From Macrostomum lignano (lineage: Eukaryota), in assembly GCA_002269645.1 (NCBI GenBank), contig NIVC01001461.1, positions 62,001-126,000 of the forward strand: a DNA stretch of 64,000 nt, read 5' to 3'. A model generated the notes under the pieces. That model made no database searches, was not told where the DNA came from, and was given only the letters and a program-made list of their open reading frames with translations. Of this stretch, positions 36,401-64,000 are shown one piece after another. The position numbers were made by a program, and so were the translations under genes. Within the stretch, counting starts at the first letter, position 1. Every line of letters starts with the position of its first letter.

Positions 36401-38661
36401 TCATGATAGTGAGACACCTGTCTTCTCATAATAATGAGACACCTGTTTTATCATGATAGTGAGACACCTGTATCTTCTCATGATAGTGAGACACCTGTAT
36501 CTTTTCATGATAGTGAGACACCTGTATCTTTTCATGATAGTGAGACACCTGTCTTCTCATGGTAGTGAGACACCTGTATCTTCTCATGATATTGAGACAC
36601 ATGTCTTCTCATGATAGTGAGACACCTGTATCTTCTCAATGATAGTGAGACACCTGTCTTCTCATGATAGTGAGACACCTGTATCTTCTCATGATAGTGA
36701 GACACCTGTATCTTCTCATGATAGTGAGACACCTGTCTTCTCATAATAATGAGACACCTGTTTTATCATGATAGTGAGACACCTGTATCTTCTCATGATA
36801 GTGAGACACCTGTATCTTCTCATGATAGTGAGACACCTGTCTTCTCATAATAATGAGACACCTGTTTTATCATGATAGTGAGACACCTGTATCTTCTCAT
36901 GATAGTGAGACACCTGTATCTTCTCAATGATAGTGAGACACCTGTCTTCTCATGATAGTGAGACACCTGTATCTTCTCATGATAGTGAGACACCTGTATC
37001 TTTTCATGATAGTGAGACACCTGTCTTCTCATGGTAGTGAGACACCTGTATCTTCTCATGATATTGAGACACATGTCTTCTCATGATAGTGAGACACCTG
37101 TATCTTCTCAATGATAGTGAGACACCTGTCTTCTCATGATAGTGAGACACCTGTATCTTCTCATGATAGTGAGACACCTGTATCTTTTCATGATAGTGAG
37201 ACACCTGTCTTCTCATGGTAGTGAGACACCTGTATCTTCTCATGATAGTGAGACACCTGTCTTCTCATGATAGTGAGACACCTGTAACTTCTCATGATAG
37301 TGAGACACCTGTCTTCTCATGATAGTGAGACACCTGTATCTTCTCATGATAGTGAGACACCTGTCTTCTCATGATAGTGAGACACCTGTATCTTCTCATG
37401 ATAGTGAGACACTTGTTTTTTGCATCGATATTATAGGGCACCTGTTGAATAAAACAACATGATGGCTCCTATAAATTGATTGCCTTGTCGGTAAATTTGT
37501 CAGCCTATCATCTCTGCCCTAGCCTGCGCGGTGCGCTGATTGGCTGGGCTTGGCTCTCGTGTCTCTCCCCCCTCTTCCCCCATGATTTATTATCTTATCT
37601 GCTCTGGTGCCGTGTTGGCGGTCTTAACACTACCAATAAACAGTTTAAAACAGTTGTAACATTTAAACTCAGTAATGAACAGCAGCACTACTAAGTATAA
37701 AACCAGTTATGCTCTGTCTCCATTGTTTCTTCAGGGATAATCATTGTCAGCTTGTCCCAGTGTCAGACTGGGGGATAATTATTGTCAGCTTGTCCCAATG
37801 TCAGACTGGGGGGATAATTATTGTCAGCTTGTCCCAATGTCAGACTGGGGGGATAATTATTGTCAGCTTGTCCCAATGTCAGACTGGGGGGATAATTATT
37901 GTCAGCTTGTCCCAATGTCAGACTGGGGGGATAATTATTGTCAGCTTGTCCCAATGTCAGACTGGGGGGGGGATAATTATTGTCAGCTTGTCCCAATGTC
38001 AGACTGGGGGGGATAATTATTGTCAGCTTGTCCCAATGTCAGACTGGGGATAATTATTGTCAGCGGTTCCCAACACTAGGCTCATACATCTCGAACTCCA
38101 CTCATACTTCTCATAGTACGGTGCTGGGAACTTGAACGCTCATCTAAGGGATTGTCGGCAACTTGAGATGAAGACCAGATCTCAGCGCGGAGGTTGAGTT
38201 GGTGCCTGAAATTTTCTCTTCCCCTCTGTAGTTGCGATAAACTCCTTCACCGCGGCTTTTTGCCCGTGGCACCCAATGGACTGCGACACGCACAGCGCAC
38301 ATGCACACAGTGCACCTCAAACTTGGCGTTCCTGAGCTCCGGCTTATGCTTTTATAAACTTCCTGAACTCCTGTTTGCGCTTCTTGGGACGGCTCAAAAG
38401 CCAACTCAGCTGAGCCATTATATATCTGAGAATACTCAAGCGATGAATCACTCAGTCTCCGATTTGCAACTGGATCAACTCATAACTGGCGAGAGATTCT
38501 TTGAGCAGTTGATGTTGCAACACCAGCAACAGCAGCAGTGCTTCCGGTCTCAGCTGCTGATGACGGTCAAGCCAGGGAAAGACGGCAGCGACATCGGCGC
38601 CAGAGACTGCGTGACGCACTTGAATGAGAAGGTCTTCAAAGTGGTGCGATTTGAGGAGTAA
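18432..38661 (+). CDS. Mab-21/cGAS-like (cGLR) nucleotidyltransferase-fold protein with degenerate active site and long C-terminal extension
   Basis: Inferred exons 18432-18587, 20134-20446, 20989-21081, 21842-about 21868, about 22187/22203-23231, 24074-24493, 25275-25634, 36048-36112, 38232-38661. All junctions are phase-consistent except the one at 21.9-22.2 kb. NTase-like TGNFTEGWG..FDSGVS; Mab-21 core pattern DFSGLERALF..LYMLLKYLL..VHCRQLLW. Family assignment is from motif recall, not a search. Confidence 0.65.
18650..19326. repeat. Purine-rich (GAGAGAGTGAGG)-type repeat
   Basis: Direct reading; strongly strand-asymmetric. Confidence 0.9.
20560..20900. repeat. About 20-bp minisatellite (CAGACCCCACAGAGTCCTC) with higher-order variants
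   Basis: Direct reading. Confidence 0.9.
21140..21685. repeat. 20-bp minisatellite (ACTGTAGCTCATGATATCCT)n
   Basis: About 27 copies. Confidence 0.95.
21868..22186. repeat. About 19-bp minisatellite (TGACCCTCTCCCCCCGCAG)n with variable C-run
   Basis: About 16 copies. Confidence 0.95.
23325..24025. repeat. 17-bp minisatellite (AAAGTCCCGAAGTCATA)n
   Basis: Direct reading, with higher-order variants. Confidence 0.95.
24610..24910. repeat. 10-bp repeat (ATGTGTGCTC)n
   Basis: Direct reading. Confidence 0.95.
24947..25282 (+). repeat. 40-bp minisatellite made of duplicated 3' splice junctions
   Basis: CACCCAG|GTG every 40 bp, with the AG ending at 24954, 24994 ... 25274. Confidence 0.95.
25670..28033 (-). 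mobile_element. Non-autonomous Helitron, family 1 (unit A)
   Basis: Minus strand: 5' TCCATATACTAAAA, (GT)n, AAAACGGCTCAACCGATTTT motif; 3' GC hairpin + ATTGCTAG|T; internal 18-21-bp minisatellites. Confidence 0.85.
27428..27495 (-). other. tRNA-Ser(GCT)-derived pseudo-tRNA / Pol III cassette in Helitron A
   Basis: CTGGACTGCTAATGCAG anticodon-arm-like sequence and GGTTCGAATC B box. Confidence 0.65.
28034..30247 (-). mobile_element. Non-autonomous Helitron, family 2 (unit B)
   Basis: 5' TCCTTCCTTTATACTAAAA; 3' CCCCC-AACT-GGGGG hairpin + ATTGCTAG abutting the TC of unit A. Confidence 0.85.
29698..29764 (-). other. tRNA-Ser(GCT)-derived cassette in Helitron B
   Basis: Same motifs; T7 run immediately downstream on the minus strand. 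Confidence 0.65.
30248..32501 (-). mobile_element. Non-autonomous Helitron, family 2 (unit C)
   Basis: 5' TCCCATATACTAAAA; same 3' hairpin and CTAG as unit B; homologous to B throughout. Confidence 0.85.
31966..32032 (-). other. tRNA-Ser(GCT)-derived cassette in Helitron C
   Basis: Same motifs. Confidence 0.65.
32502..35754 (-). mobile_element. Non-autonomous Helitron, family 1 (unit D)
   Basis: A|TCCATATACTAAAA 5' end; 3' end nearly identical to unit A; larger 21-bp array and about 190 bp that is absent from A. Confidence 0.85.
35142..35209 (-). other. tRNA-Ser(GCT)-derived cassette in Helitron D
   Basis: Same motifs. Confidence 0.65.
36355..37415. repeat. 25/27-bp minisatellite (ATGATAGTGAGACACCTGTATCTTCTC) with higher-order repeats
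   Basis: Direct reading. Confidence 0.95.
37735..38065. repeat. 39-bp minisatellite (GATAATTATTGTCAGCTTGTCCCAATGTCAGACTGGGGG)n
   Basis: About 8 copies. Confidence 0.95.
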
Positions 38662-38719
38662 GTATCTAGTACTGTCTGCTTTTATTTGGGTATTGGTTTG
38701 AGCTGCTTGTAAGAGTAGC

Positions 38720-38751
<32 letters not shown>

Positions 38752-38774
38752 CAGTTAGTTAGTTAGTTAGTTAG

Positions 38775-38815
<41 letters not shown>

Positions 38816-38816
38816 C

Positions 38817-38862
<46 letters not shown>

Positions 38863-38910
38863 ATAGTTAGTTAGTTAGTTAGTTAGTCAGTTAGTTAGTT
38901 AGTTAGTTAG

Positions 38911-38963
<53 letters not shown>

Positions 38964-39024
38964 CAGTTAGTTAGTTAGTTAGATAGTTAGTTAGTTAGTT
39001 AGTTAGTCAGTTAGTTAGTTAGTC

Positions 39025-39113
<89 letters not shown>

Positions 39114-39147
39114 TCTGATAGTTAGTTAGTTGGTTATTTAGTTAGTC

Positions 39148-39228
<81 letters not shown>

Positions 39229-39305
39229 TCTAGTTAGTTAGTTAGCTAGTTAGTTAGTTAGTTAGTTAGTTAGTCAGTTAGTTAGTTAGTTAGTTAGTTA
39301 GTTAG

Positions 39306-39345
<40 letters not shown>

Positions 39346-39346
39346 A
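38720..39346. repeat. (TTAG)n microsatellite with variants
   Basis: Direct reading. Confidence 0.95.
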
Positions 39347-39985
39347 TAGCGAACACTCTGCCTAACCCTACTGTTAGTAGTAGTCTGAACACTCGGGTCA
39401 TTTTTTAGATTCTTCGCCAATTAGGCTGCAATTTAAATTCAAACGTTTTTCATCCGTATATATTGGTCTCTAGAAGCAATGCATAGATAAAAAACGTACA
39501 TCTCGCAACTTCTACTGCTTAGAGACAGTGAAGTAGACAGCTGTACTCAACTGAGGCCTGTGCTGTTTCTCTAGTATTTTCTGCTCAGAATAATTGAACA
39601 ATTTTTCTACCGCTGGAGACAGGCAAGCACGCTAAGACAGCAAGTTGCAGCAGGGAGTCTTGGCCGTTCTGTCTTTCCTCTCGGTTCTCATTCTGCTTTT
39701 TCGTTTGCTCTTTCATCGCTGCTCAACTTTCTGCCCCCCCCCTTTGAGCCCATTCTCAAATCTTCGCCATCTGCGGCGAGTGAAAAAATGCAGGTGGGGA
39801 GGGGCTACTTAAGCTCCATAGTTTACGCCGAGCCAAAGTAGCCGAGGTTTCTAAGAAAGCTCGTTGCGAGCTCGGCCATTTATCCTGCTTAAAGACCCGC
39901 TCGTGCAGAGCTGGCTCCGACCAGACCGAACGGTGTCAGCAGCTCCGGCCAGCTGACTTCGCCGACGACTACAACTGTGGCAGCC

Positions 39986-57875
<17,890 letters not shown>

Positions 57876-58111
57876 GCCCCCGCCCGATGGCGATTTATGA
57901 TCGGAAAATTTGAAAACTGTTCAACTTATTAAGTTAGCACAAAGATAAACAAATTCGTTGTTTCTTATGGAAAACAAAGACTCATGCAACTCTTCATTCG
58001 TCGCTTTGATTTACGTAGTATTACGTAGTAAAAGCCATTGCGTAGTTGGATTCGTCAGTTCTATTTTTTTTCTCAAAAGTTTAGTGTAAACCACAAATAC
58101 TAGAATGGCTA

Positions 58112-58532
58112 GATGGGTCACTCAGCACATTTTCGTGTAAGCTACTTTCAGTTCAGTAGTAAGGTAAACAGAAGCATTTTAATGTATTTTTTAAGCCAAG
58201 GCTCATTTAATTGGCTCTTACCCCGCCCCCCCCCCCGGCTTAAAACCCGCGGCCCTCCAAACGCACCGTTCCACACTAACCCCCCACCCCAATTTTTATT
58301 GCCTTTCTCGGAATTCCAGCCTAAAGCTGCCATGTACATTTCAGTGGACTGGCTAATGTACATTACTGCTGAACCAATTAGCAAGCTGTTTGCGCCTGCA
58401 AGCTTCTAAAATTATCAACGTTATTTCAGCTGCCTCTATTTTTATAAAATAGCTTATGTATTCTTCTTTGCTACTGAACTGAAAGTAGGAAGCTAAGTAT
58501 TTTGCCAAGTATTTATGCCTGAGTGGCCCATC
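58112..58532. mobile_element. Putative MITE with imperfect long TIRs
   Basis: GATGGGTCACTCAG...CTGAGTGGCCCATC termini, internal inverted block CTACTTTCAGTTCAGTAG, flanked by TA. Confidence 0.6.
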
Positions 58533-59450
58533 TAGTTGTTTTAGTTTCTGTGGAATAAACCAGGCTGGAAATGTTCTGATCTTCCTACACGTATTCTAGA
58601 TTTTATAATACGAGCGCTCGTAGAACCAAATTAACTGATATATATTTTCCAGAAACTAAACGCCTTCTAGGCCTATTTTTTATTTAAAATAAAATACCTA
58701 TCAGTTTTTTTTACTTAACATCTGCTTCTAATCGCCCTTTGAAGTTTATGTACCTGTTAAATTCCTAGCTGTATTACATTATCGACTGCACAGCAAAAAT
58801 TGAAAGGGAAATTGAGACGTTCATGTGTCTCCTTTTTCTCATACCAACGACTTTATCATTGTTAGCTCGTATTCTCCGCACCACGTGAATTGAGTTATTT
58901 CAATAAGTACGCGAGTATGATCAATATACCTTACACAGGTCTTGCATGTATAATTCCAGAGCTTAGCATCGATCTACGTCACATTCGGCATTACATGTAC
59001 ATGTACAAATAATGCATATCTCAAGGACCACTAGAAGATTCTACTTAAGTAGTCCATGGCATATCTCTGGGCAGACAGGCCTGCCCTGTACTAGAAATGC
59101 TAGACCGCCAAATAATATTATTACCTAACTAAATCAACTAATCGAAATTTAGGAAGTACTACATGTACTTCTCATGCTGCCACACAAATTAGTTTATGTT
59201 TCTGTTATGTCCGACATGACGCTTCTTTTATTTTTACCGGAAGTTTTCTTCGGTTTTCTCGACATTAAAATGCTCATGTAAAAAAGCTTCGTTAAAGAAG
59301 ATCGCCATGTAAAACATAAAAGAAGCAGAGCCGTTCAAAAATCAAAGTCTGTGAAACAAGGAAAAGCATATTTTAAAAGACTTGCCCTTTTGCCCTTTTA
59401 TTGCATGGAAATTCGCAAGCAGCGAAGCGGACAGGCAGGAGTTACAGCGG

Positions 59451-59608
59451 CCGGCAGTTACACACCTGCAGTCCTGCAACTGAATGGTCGGCACGCGGCC
59501 CCTGCATCGCCTGTCGCCGCAGGCTGAGGTTCTCCTCGCGCAGCACCTTCACCCGCTCCTGCAGCTGCGCCATCGTCATCGCCGACGCGTCCACGCTGCC
59601 TCCCTCGG
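59451..59608 (-). pseudogene. Inverted diverged copy of coiled-coil gene exon 56915-57070 plus donor
   Basis: Reverse complement aligns to 56925-57085 (MAQLQERVKxLREENLSLRRQAMQG) with substitutions and a short deletion. Confidence 0.85.
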
Positions 59609-60386
59609 CTGTAGAGAATATCTATACAAGGACTGCAAGGACCATGCATACTCTGGATGCTGCTCCGCTTTCCATATGACAAGTCGGAGGGCACTGAGCA
59701 TCGACAGCAGCTCCGCCAGAGCGGAGAACACGAGCAGAACAGCAACGAGAATACGCACGGTCCCTGCAGTCCTTGTAGAGATGCTTGGAATGGACAGAGC
59801 TGGCTTTGTTAGTCGGAGTGGATTGATGAGCCTCACTGTGAGACATGCACACTCATATGTACAGTATATAGTGCTGGGAAGAGATAAGCATTGGTGTTCT
59901 CCCATACATCACGCCTCCGTGTGGGATAAATCTCAGTGAGTGGACCGGAAGGTGAGCACCCTGTGACTTGCTGCTAGAAGCAGATTTACGAGCGAGGCTG
60001 AGCGGGGTTGTTTGACTCGACCTGCGTGGGGTGGGTCTGTGTCTGTGGCACTGTCCGGTAGGTAGCCGTGCTTTTTCTACGCCTTTCAAACCTCGCTTTG
60101 TGCTCAGAATCGCTCGTTCTTGCTTAGGGCGTTGAATTTTTGCACTCCTGAGTAGCACCTCCGGATTGCACATGCCCGAGACTGCAAAAAGTCTAAAGGC
60201 TAGTGGAAATAACTTGAAATAATTGAAATAGTTATATCCTCAATAATGATCGCGAATCATCAGCGAAAGCTACTGAGAAATGAGAGTAACTCGTAGCAAT
60301 CAAGTAAGGAAAGAGTATTTACGAGTCTCTTTGTGCCAAAAAAATAATAATGCGCCATATACTAATGAGGTTGTTGGATATAGGCA

Positions 60387-60850
60387 TCTATATGTGATAG
60401 ATTTCAGAAAAAACGGCGCAACCAATTTTCACGAAACTTGCTGCCGTTGAAATATTTCCTCCTAAATCATCTCAGTCTATACCCAGTGGCAAAGCCGAGC
60501 TCGGTCCGAGCTCGGGCCGACGTCGGCCACTCGGCATTCTACCTCGAAGGTACGTGAAGCCTTTTTTACACTTTTCACGTACTCTCATTATAAAAACTAC
60601 ATATCATTTCTTGTTCGTTCTCTCGACAAAAAAACAAGTTTACGCACTTAGAGCTCTTGCTTCGCTTTACCTTCACAAATAAAAACCAACTGCTGAACCA
60701 TTCGATCAGAAAAATTGTCTCGTGGCAGTACTATACGTGTCGTGTGACTATAATAATTAAATTGCTCAGTGCTAAAAGGAATTAAATACTCGAAAACATA
60801 TGCTTTTTGTAAAGATCAAGCAGATTTTTCGACTTACAGTGCATTGTATG
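60387..60850 (+). mobile_element. Degenerate Helitron 5' fragment
   Basis: A|TCTATATG start, AAAACGGCGCAACCAATTTT motif, and a diverged copy of the shared Helitron 5' block (GATCAGAAAAATT..TGCTAAAAGGAAT..TCGAAAACATATGC..TCGAC); no 3' end found. Confidence 0.5.
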
Positions 60851-61854
60851 TGTTCTGTTGTTGAATTAACGAACGCAGAAACAAGATAGATAATTATCCG
60901 GGCGCTCAGTGGCACCAAAAGAGGGGTTGGCCAATAGGAGGGCGGCTCGTATATTTATGCACGCGGGGAAGGAAAGTTCTAGAAAGACCGGGGAAGGAAA
61001 CTTCTGGAACTATGCGTAAACAAGTCCGCGGTGGAAGTTTCTAGAAACGCTGTCCCCGAACTACCCCTACGCCTCGCATGCCTTTGCAATACACAACAGT
61101 ATGAATGCTAGAGAAAAAACTGACTGGCTAAATTCTGATTCCGATGGAGATTGCATCAAAGCGGAAAGCGCAAGTATATGAATGGAGCTATGAAACAAAC
61201 ACTTTAGACGAGCCTTCTGCATTTTTGACCACGCTTTGGCCCGTTTTTAGTTGCCTTTGTCACCACTTGACTCGCAATTTTTTTACAATGAACTTTTTGC
61301 TGCATTTTTGTGCAACTTTTTGGTGCACAGTGAGAACCAAAACCAAAACCAAAACTTTTTGCCGGCGCAGTCGTTTGTAAATTATCTTTAAGCGAAAGCT
61401 CTTCTAGTCATTAATTTCATGATATTTAAAATTTTAAAAGTAAAAACAAGCGTAGTCTTTTAAAAGGCTTTTTTCTTATGCCACAAATTGACACAATTTG
61501 TTTTTCTGCTAAATTGTTAAAAAGGAAATTTTTTTAGTTTAGAACTATATTGCATATATTTAAATAGTTTTGGCAGAATTGGCAGAAATTTGTCGCTAGA
61601 TTTCTTTGTTCATAAAGCTACCACTGAATTTTATCTTGTTTAAAGTCATCAAGGGCAGATAACTATAATTTGGGCGAAGTCTGCTTGCCCTTGTCGTTTT
61701 TTCTCTGTTGAGCAAATAGTATTTTCGCCTGGCCGAGAGGCCTATTTTGACTTTGCCTTACCAGCACTTACTCAGCGTCAGCTTAAGATGAAGCTGAACC
61801 TATAGTTTTAATACTAACTCCTATATATTGTGCCAGCCTACGATATCTACAGCT

Positions 61855-62070
61855 ATGGAAGATCAAAGTGCTTTTGGTGTTGGTTCTGTAGATGGATATG
61901 GAAAGCAAGCGCAGCAGGGTCAGAATTTAGGTGAAGAAAATCCAACAGATGGTAGCAACACAAAAGATCCGTTTTACACAATGCCAGGAGTTTTGCACTT
62001 TCTACAAACTGAGTGGTCTAAGTTTGAGATGGAACGATCTCAATGGGAGGTAGAGCGAGCAGAACTACAG
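61855..62070 (+). CDS. STRN: Striatin family (STRN/STRN3/STRN4; Cka), first coding exon
   Basis: YTMPGVLHFLQTEWSKFEMERSQWEVERAELQ is the striatin caveolin-binding/coiled-coil N-terminal motif; phase-0 GTAAGT donor at 62071; remainder lies outside the window. Confidence 0.9.
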
Positions 62071-63076
62071 GTAAGTTACTAAAAATTCAATGGCAAATCT
62101 AACTAGACTCTAGAGGACTAGGGCCTATTTTTCTTATGTTGGCTCTGGTTCAAGTGTTTTAAATTAAAACGTTGAGTGCTTAACTATTCACTATCTGCAA
62201 GCAAGCCATTTTTAGTAGTGGGCCTAGTTGTTTTAGAAAATATATTTCAAAGTTACTAAGCATGTAATTAATAATTAATATCTTAGGCCTATGCTAATTA
62301 TAACTATTTCTTTAGGAGCATTTTAAAGAACTAAGTATATTATTTATAAAATTAATTTGCTTTATTCTTTTAAACTGTTAAATGATACCTTTATTATAAC
62401 AACTCTATAATTAGCAAAAATTAAAGCAGCTTGCTATTGTAATATTGTTTCAATCAACTATATTACATATATTATATAATATATATATTATACATTATAT
62501 ATTATACATATTTATAGATTTTTCAATTATAATATTTGATTTTTATCTTTCATAGCACATGGCATATCATATCATATAAGATAACTTTGGCCAATTGTTT
62601 TTTATCAATGTTAAACTGACATTAAGATATATATAGCTAAAGAAGTGACTTGTGAGATAGTTGTATATTAGACAACAAGTGAATTAGGATGGCTAACTAA
62701 GGCCCAAGGCCCCAGCAGTAGAGCAACCAGAAATTTTTTGAAAGGGGACAGATTCTAGATTTTAAAGACCAAGGCAAGAAGAGAGGCAAAGGGGCTAGCT
62801 TAGTATTTTGGCAAAAATGCACTTGGTCCCCTAACTCCCCTCTTAATTAGCTGATTTTTATCAAGTCTTCACCTAAGGGCCAAGAAGGGCAAATTTCCCT
62901 TCCTTATCCCCTCTTGGTTGCATTTTTGCTTGCTAGCCTCAAATTTAAACATTATTGTCATAAATTCTATAAATTCTATAAATGAAAGTTTCTATAAATA
63001 CACAGTATCTTGCGTAATAAATAGACAATTTACTGAATTTATTGAACGATAATAGGCATCTACTGAACGATTTCTG

Positions 63077-63794
63077 CCATAGTCAGGAAGGTGGCACAGT
63101 GTGTGCTAGAATAAATTTTTGGGACAATCTGTGCGCCGTCTATGTGCCCTCTATGCACCATTTGTGCGCTGTCTGTGCACCATGTCTATGCCTTTATTTT
63201 ACATATTTTATGTAAATTATGTATTTTACAACAAATTTACAAAATTCTTAGAATTCATGCAGACAATATGCTATGCCAGTTTTATGCTAATAAAGATTCT
63301 ATTCTGATTCCTTATGTACCAAAGTTATGCACAGCACCGCATATGTCAAGGACCTTATGCACCACATAGGGACCTCAGTGTGCATCATGATTGTGCGCCG
63401 CATGTGCCAGGGACCTCAGTGTGCGCCATGATTGTGTGCCAAGTGCGCTAAGGACGCCCTGATTGCAGCGCATGGGCATTTTGGCGGACGGCGTCCGGCG
63501 CGGATCTAATACAGCGCGGTGCGGCGCGTACGGCGAGCAGCAATTAGTACGGCGCGGCGCGGTACTAATTAGATGCCGAGGCATTTACGCTTGATAAGAC
63601 AGTCATAGTTACTCCTGCCGTTTACCCAAAACTGCGTTAATTTTGCTTTAGGGTTTCTTTCACAGGTAAGTCATTTCACAGCGTGGCGCAGGTTGTGTAG
63701 GCGTCTGGCGTACTTAAGCCATGCGCTGCAATAGGGAAGGACGCCTTGTATGCACCGGAATTTTCCATGGCAAAGGCTACCTTCCTGACTATGG
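63077..63794. mobile_element. Putative non-autonomous TIR element
   Basis: 19-bp TIRs CCATAGTCAGGAAGGT(G/A)GC; no ORF; no TSD identified. Confidence 0.5.
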
Positions 63795-64000
63795 GCCCCA
63801 GGATAGAATTCTTGCATAAAAGTTGTTACGCATTTGTGCGCGCTGAAAAGGAGCCTACTTGCACACTCTTAAAGAAGTTGTTTGCACATTCCATCGTATG
63901 CACTTGTGCAAGAAGCTGTTTGCCACAGAATCATAGACAGGATTTGACTTTTACATGCATTAACATGGTTATGTGCCGTGTGGCGTATGTGCGCTCAAGT

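Overview
Animal genomic DNA with GC-rich exons and introns packed with micro/minisatellites; this architecture and the Mab-21-like gene suggest a free-living flatworm such as Macrostomum (inference). Five intron-containing genes lie on the + strand: (1) XPF/ERCC4 (54-10118), whose nuclease-motif exon is split by a 3.2-kb 5'-inverted non-LTR retrotransposon with an exact 12-bp TSD, a 2A-like peptide, PHD, APE, RT and a (CA)n tail; (2) a vertebrate-type N-acetylglutamate synthase (12174-16592) with a mariner relic in intron 1; (3) a Mab-21/cGLR-like nucleotidyltransferase-fold gene with a degenerate catalytic motif (18432-38661); (4) a long coiled-coil protein gene (39986-57875); (5) the first coding exon of striatin (61855-62070). 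The most striking non-genic structure is a 10-kb head-to-tail train of four non-autonomous Helitrons from two families (25670-35754), joined CTAG|TC in a single A|T target. Each unit carries a tRNA-Ser-derived Pol III cassette and its own minisatellites. Several intronic minisatellites are tandem copies of splice junctions, and one encodes 42 in-phase coiled-coil heptads inside the coiled-coil gene. Exon structures were derived by eye from GT/AG sites and phase consistency; no database searches were run.
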